Below are positions 63,964 through 64,000 of a stretch of 64,000 nucleotides of DNA, piece by piece (within the stretch, counting starts at the first letter, position 1; each line of letters begins with the position of its first letter). The position numbers were made by a program, and so were the translations under genes. The stretch is from Defluviicoccus sp. (lineage in GTDB: Bacteria; Pseudomonadota; Alphaproteobacteria; MPNO01), in NCBI GenBank assembly GCA_022826125.1, contig JAJDVM010000319.1, positions 1,181 through 65,180 of the forward strand, given 5' to 3'. A model generated the notes under the pieces. The model saw only the letters and a program-made list of their open reading frames with translations. It did no database searches and had not been told where the DNA came from.

Positions 63964-64000
63964 ATGTCTAAGCGTTTTGACTTGGCCGGGAAGGGCGCCC
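63964..64000 (+). CDS. Start of a probable SDR-type gene, truncated by window end
   Basis: ATG behind GGGAGA. MSKRFDLAGKGA... resembles the N-terminus preceding an SDR TGxxxG motif. Only 12 codons are visible. Confidence 0.3.
   Translation, partial: MSKRFDLAGKGA

Overview
High-GC bacterial chromosomal segment. Gene content and the synteny aminotransferase-hom-glpX-recJ-tRNA-Glu suggest an alphaproteobacterium, but that is inference only. About 68 protein genes and 3 tRNAs are supportable. The many long Arg/Pro/Gly-rich ORFs in the track are antisense or alternate-frame artefacts of the GC content.

Layout:
- 1-19.1 kb: a patchwork of catabolic or accessory genes. It includes a ThrC-like / ornithine-cyclodeaminase-like / cyclic-amidohydrolase / racemase-fold divergon and an acyl-CoA ligase - crotonase - Rieske oxygenase - homogentisate-dioxygenase-like operon that starts directly after tRNA-Glu.
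- 19.2-25.3 kb: housekeeping genes (DUF2062, recJ, glpX, hom, aminotransferase).
- 25.5-31 kb: SPOR lipoprotein, pentapeptide-repeat protein, and a tight three-gene operon facing a 4,5-dihydroxyphthalate-decarboxylase-fold gene. The operon encodes a QueG/RdhA-like Fe-S protein, an HTH-fused degenerate adenylate-forming protein and a FAH-family enzyme.
- 31-36.3 kb: cyclophilin, MFS, MATE, an isochorismatase-like / maleate-isomerase-like pair, cytochrome c.
- 36.3-45.7 kb: a complete form-II-type (coxS-L-M order) molybdenum hydroxylase cluster with CoxD/CoxE/XdhC/MocA-type maturation genes and a CoxG-like protein.
- 47.4-54.8 kb: a ten-gene Mrp-type cation/proton antiporter operon in Mbh-like order with three antiporter-like subunits.
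- 55-64 kb: tandem cold-shock-domain protein, DUF192, an NCS2 permease with an unusual C-terminal domain, two convergent secreted proteases (one with two S1 domains), tRNA-Ser, tRNA-Thr, and an HpaB-like oxygenase with SDRs.

I could not recognise any integrase, transposase, CRISPR array, phage gene or classical transcription factor.

Best candidates for something undescribed:
- the 26.9-31.0 kb Fe-S / pseudo-adenylase / FAH locus;
- the secreted double-protease pair at 58-61.3 kb;
- the Mbh-ordered stand-alone Mrp module with an embedded small membrane protein;
- the ThrC-like/OCD/amidohydrolase divergon at 0.3-7.6 kb.

All functional calls rest on motif recognition by eye, with no database search. 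Start codons are often uncertain.
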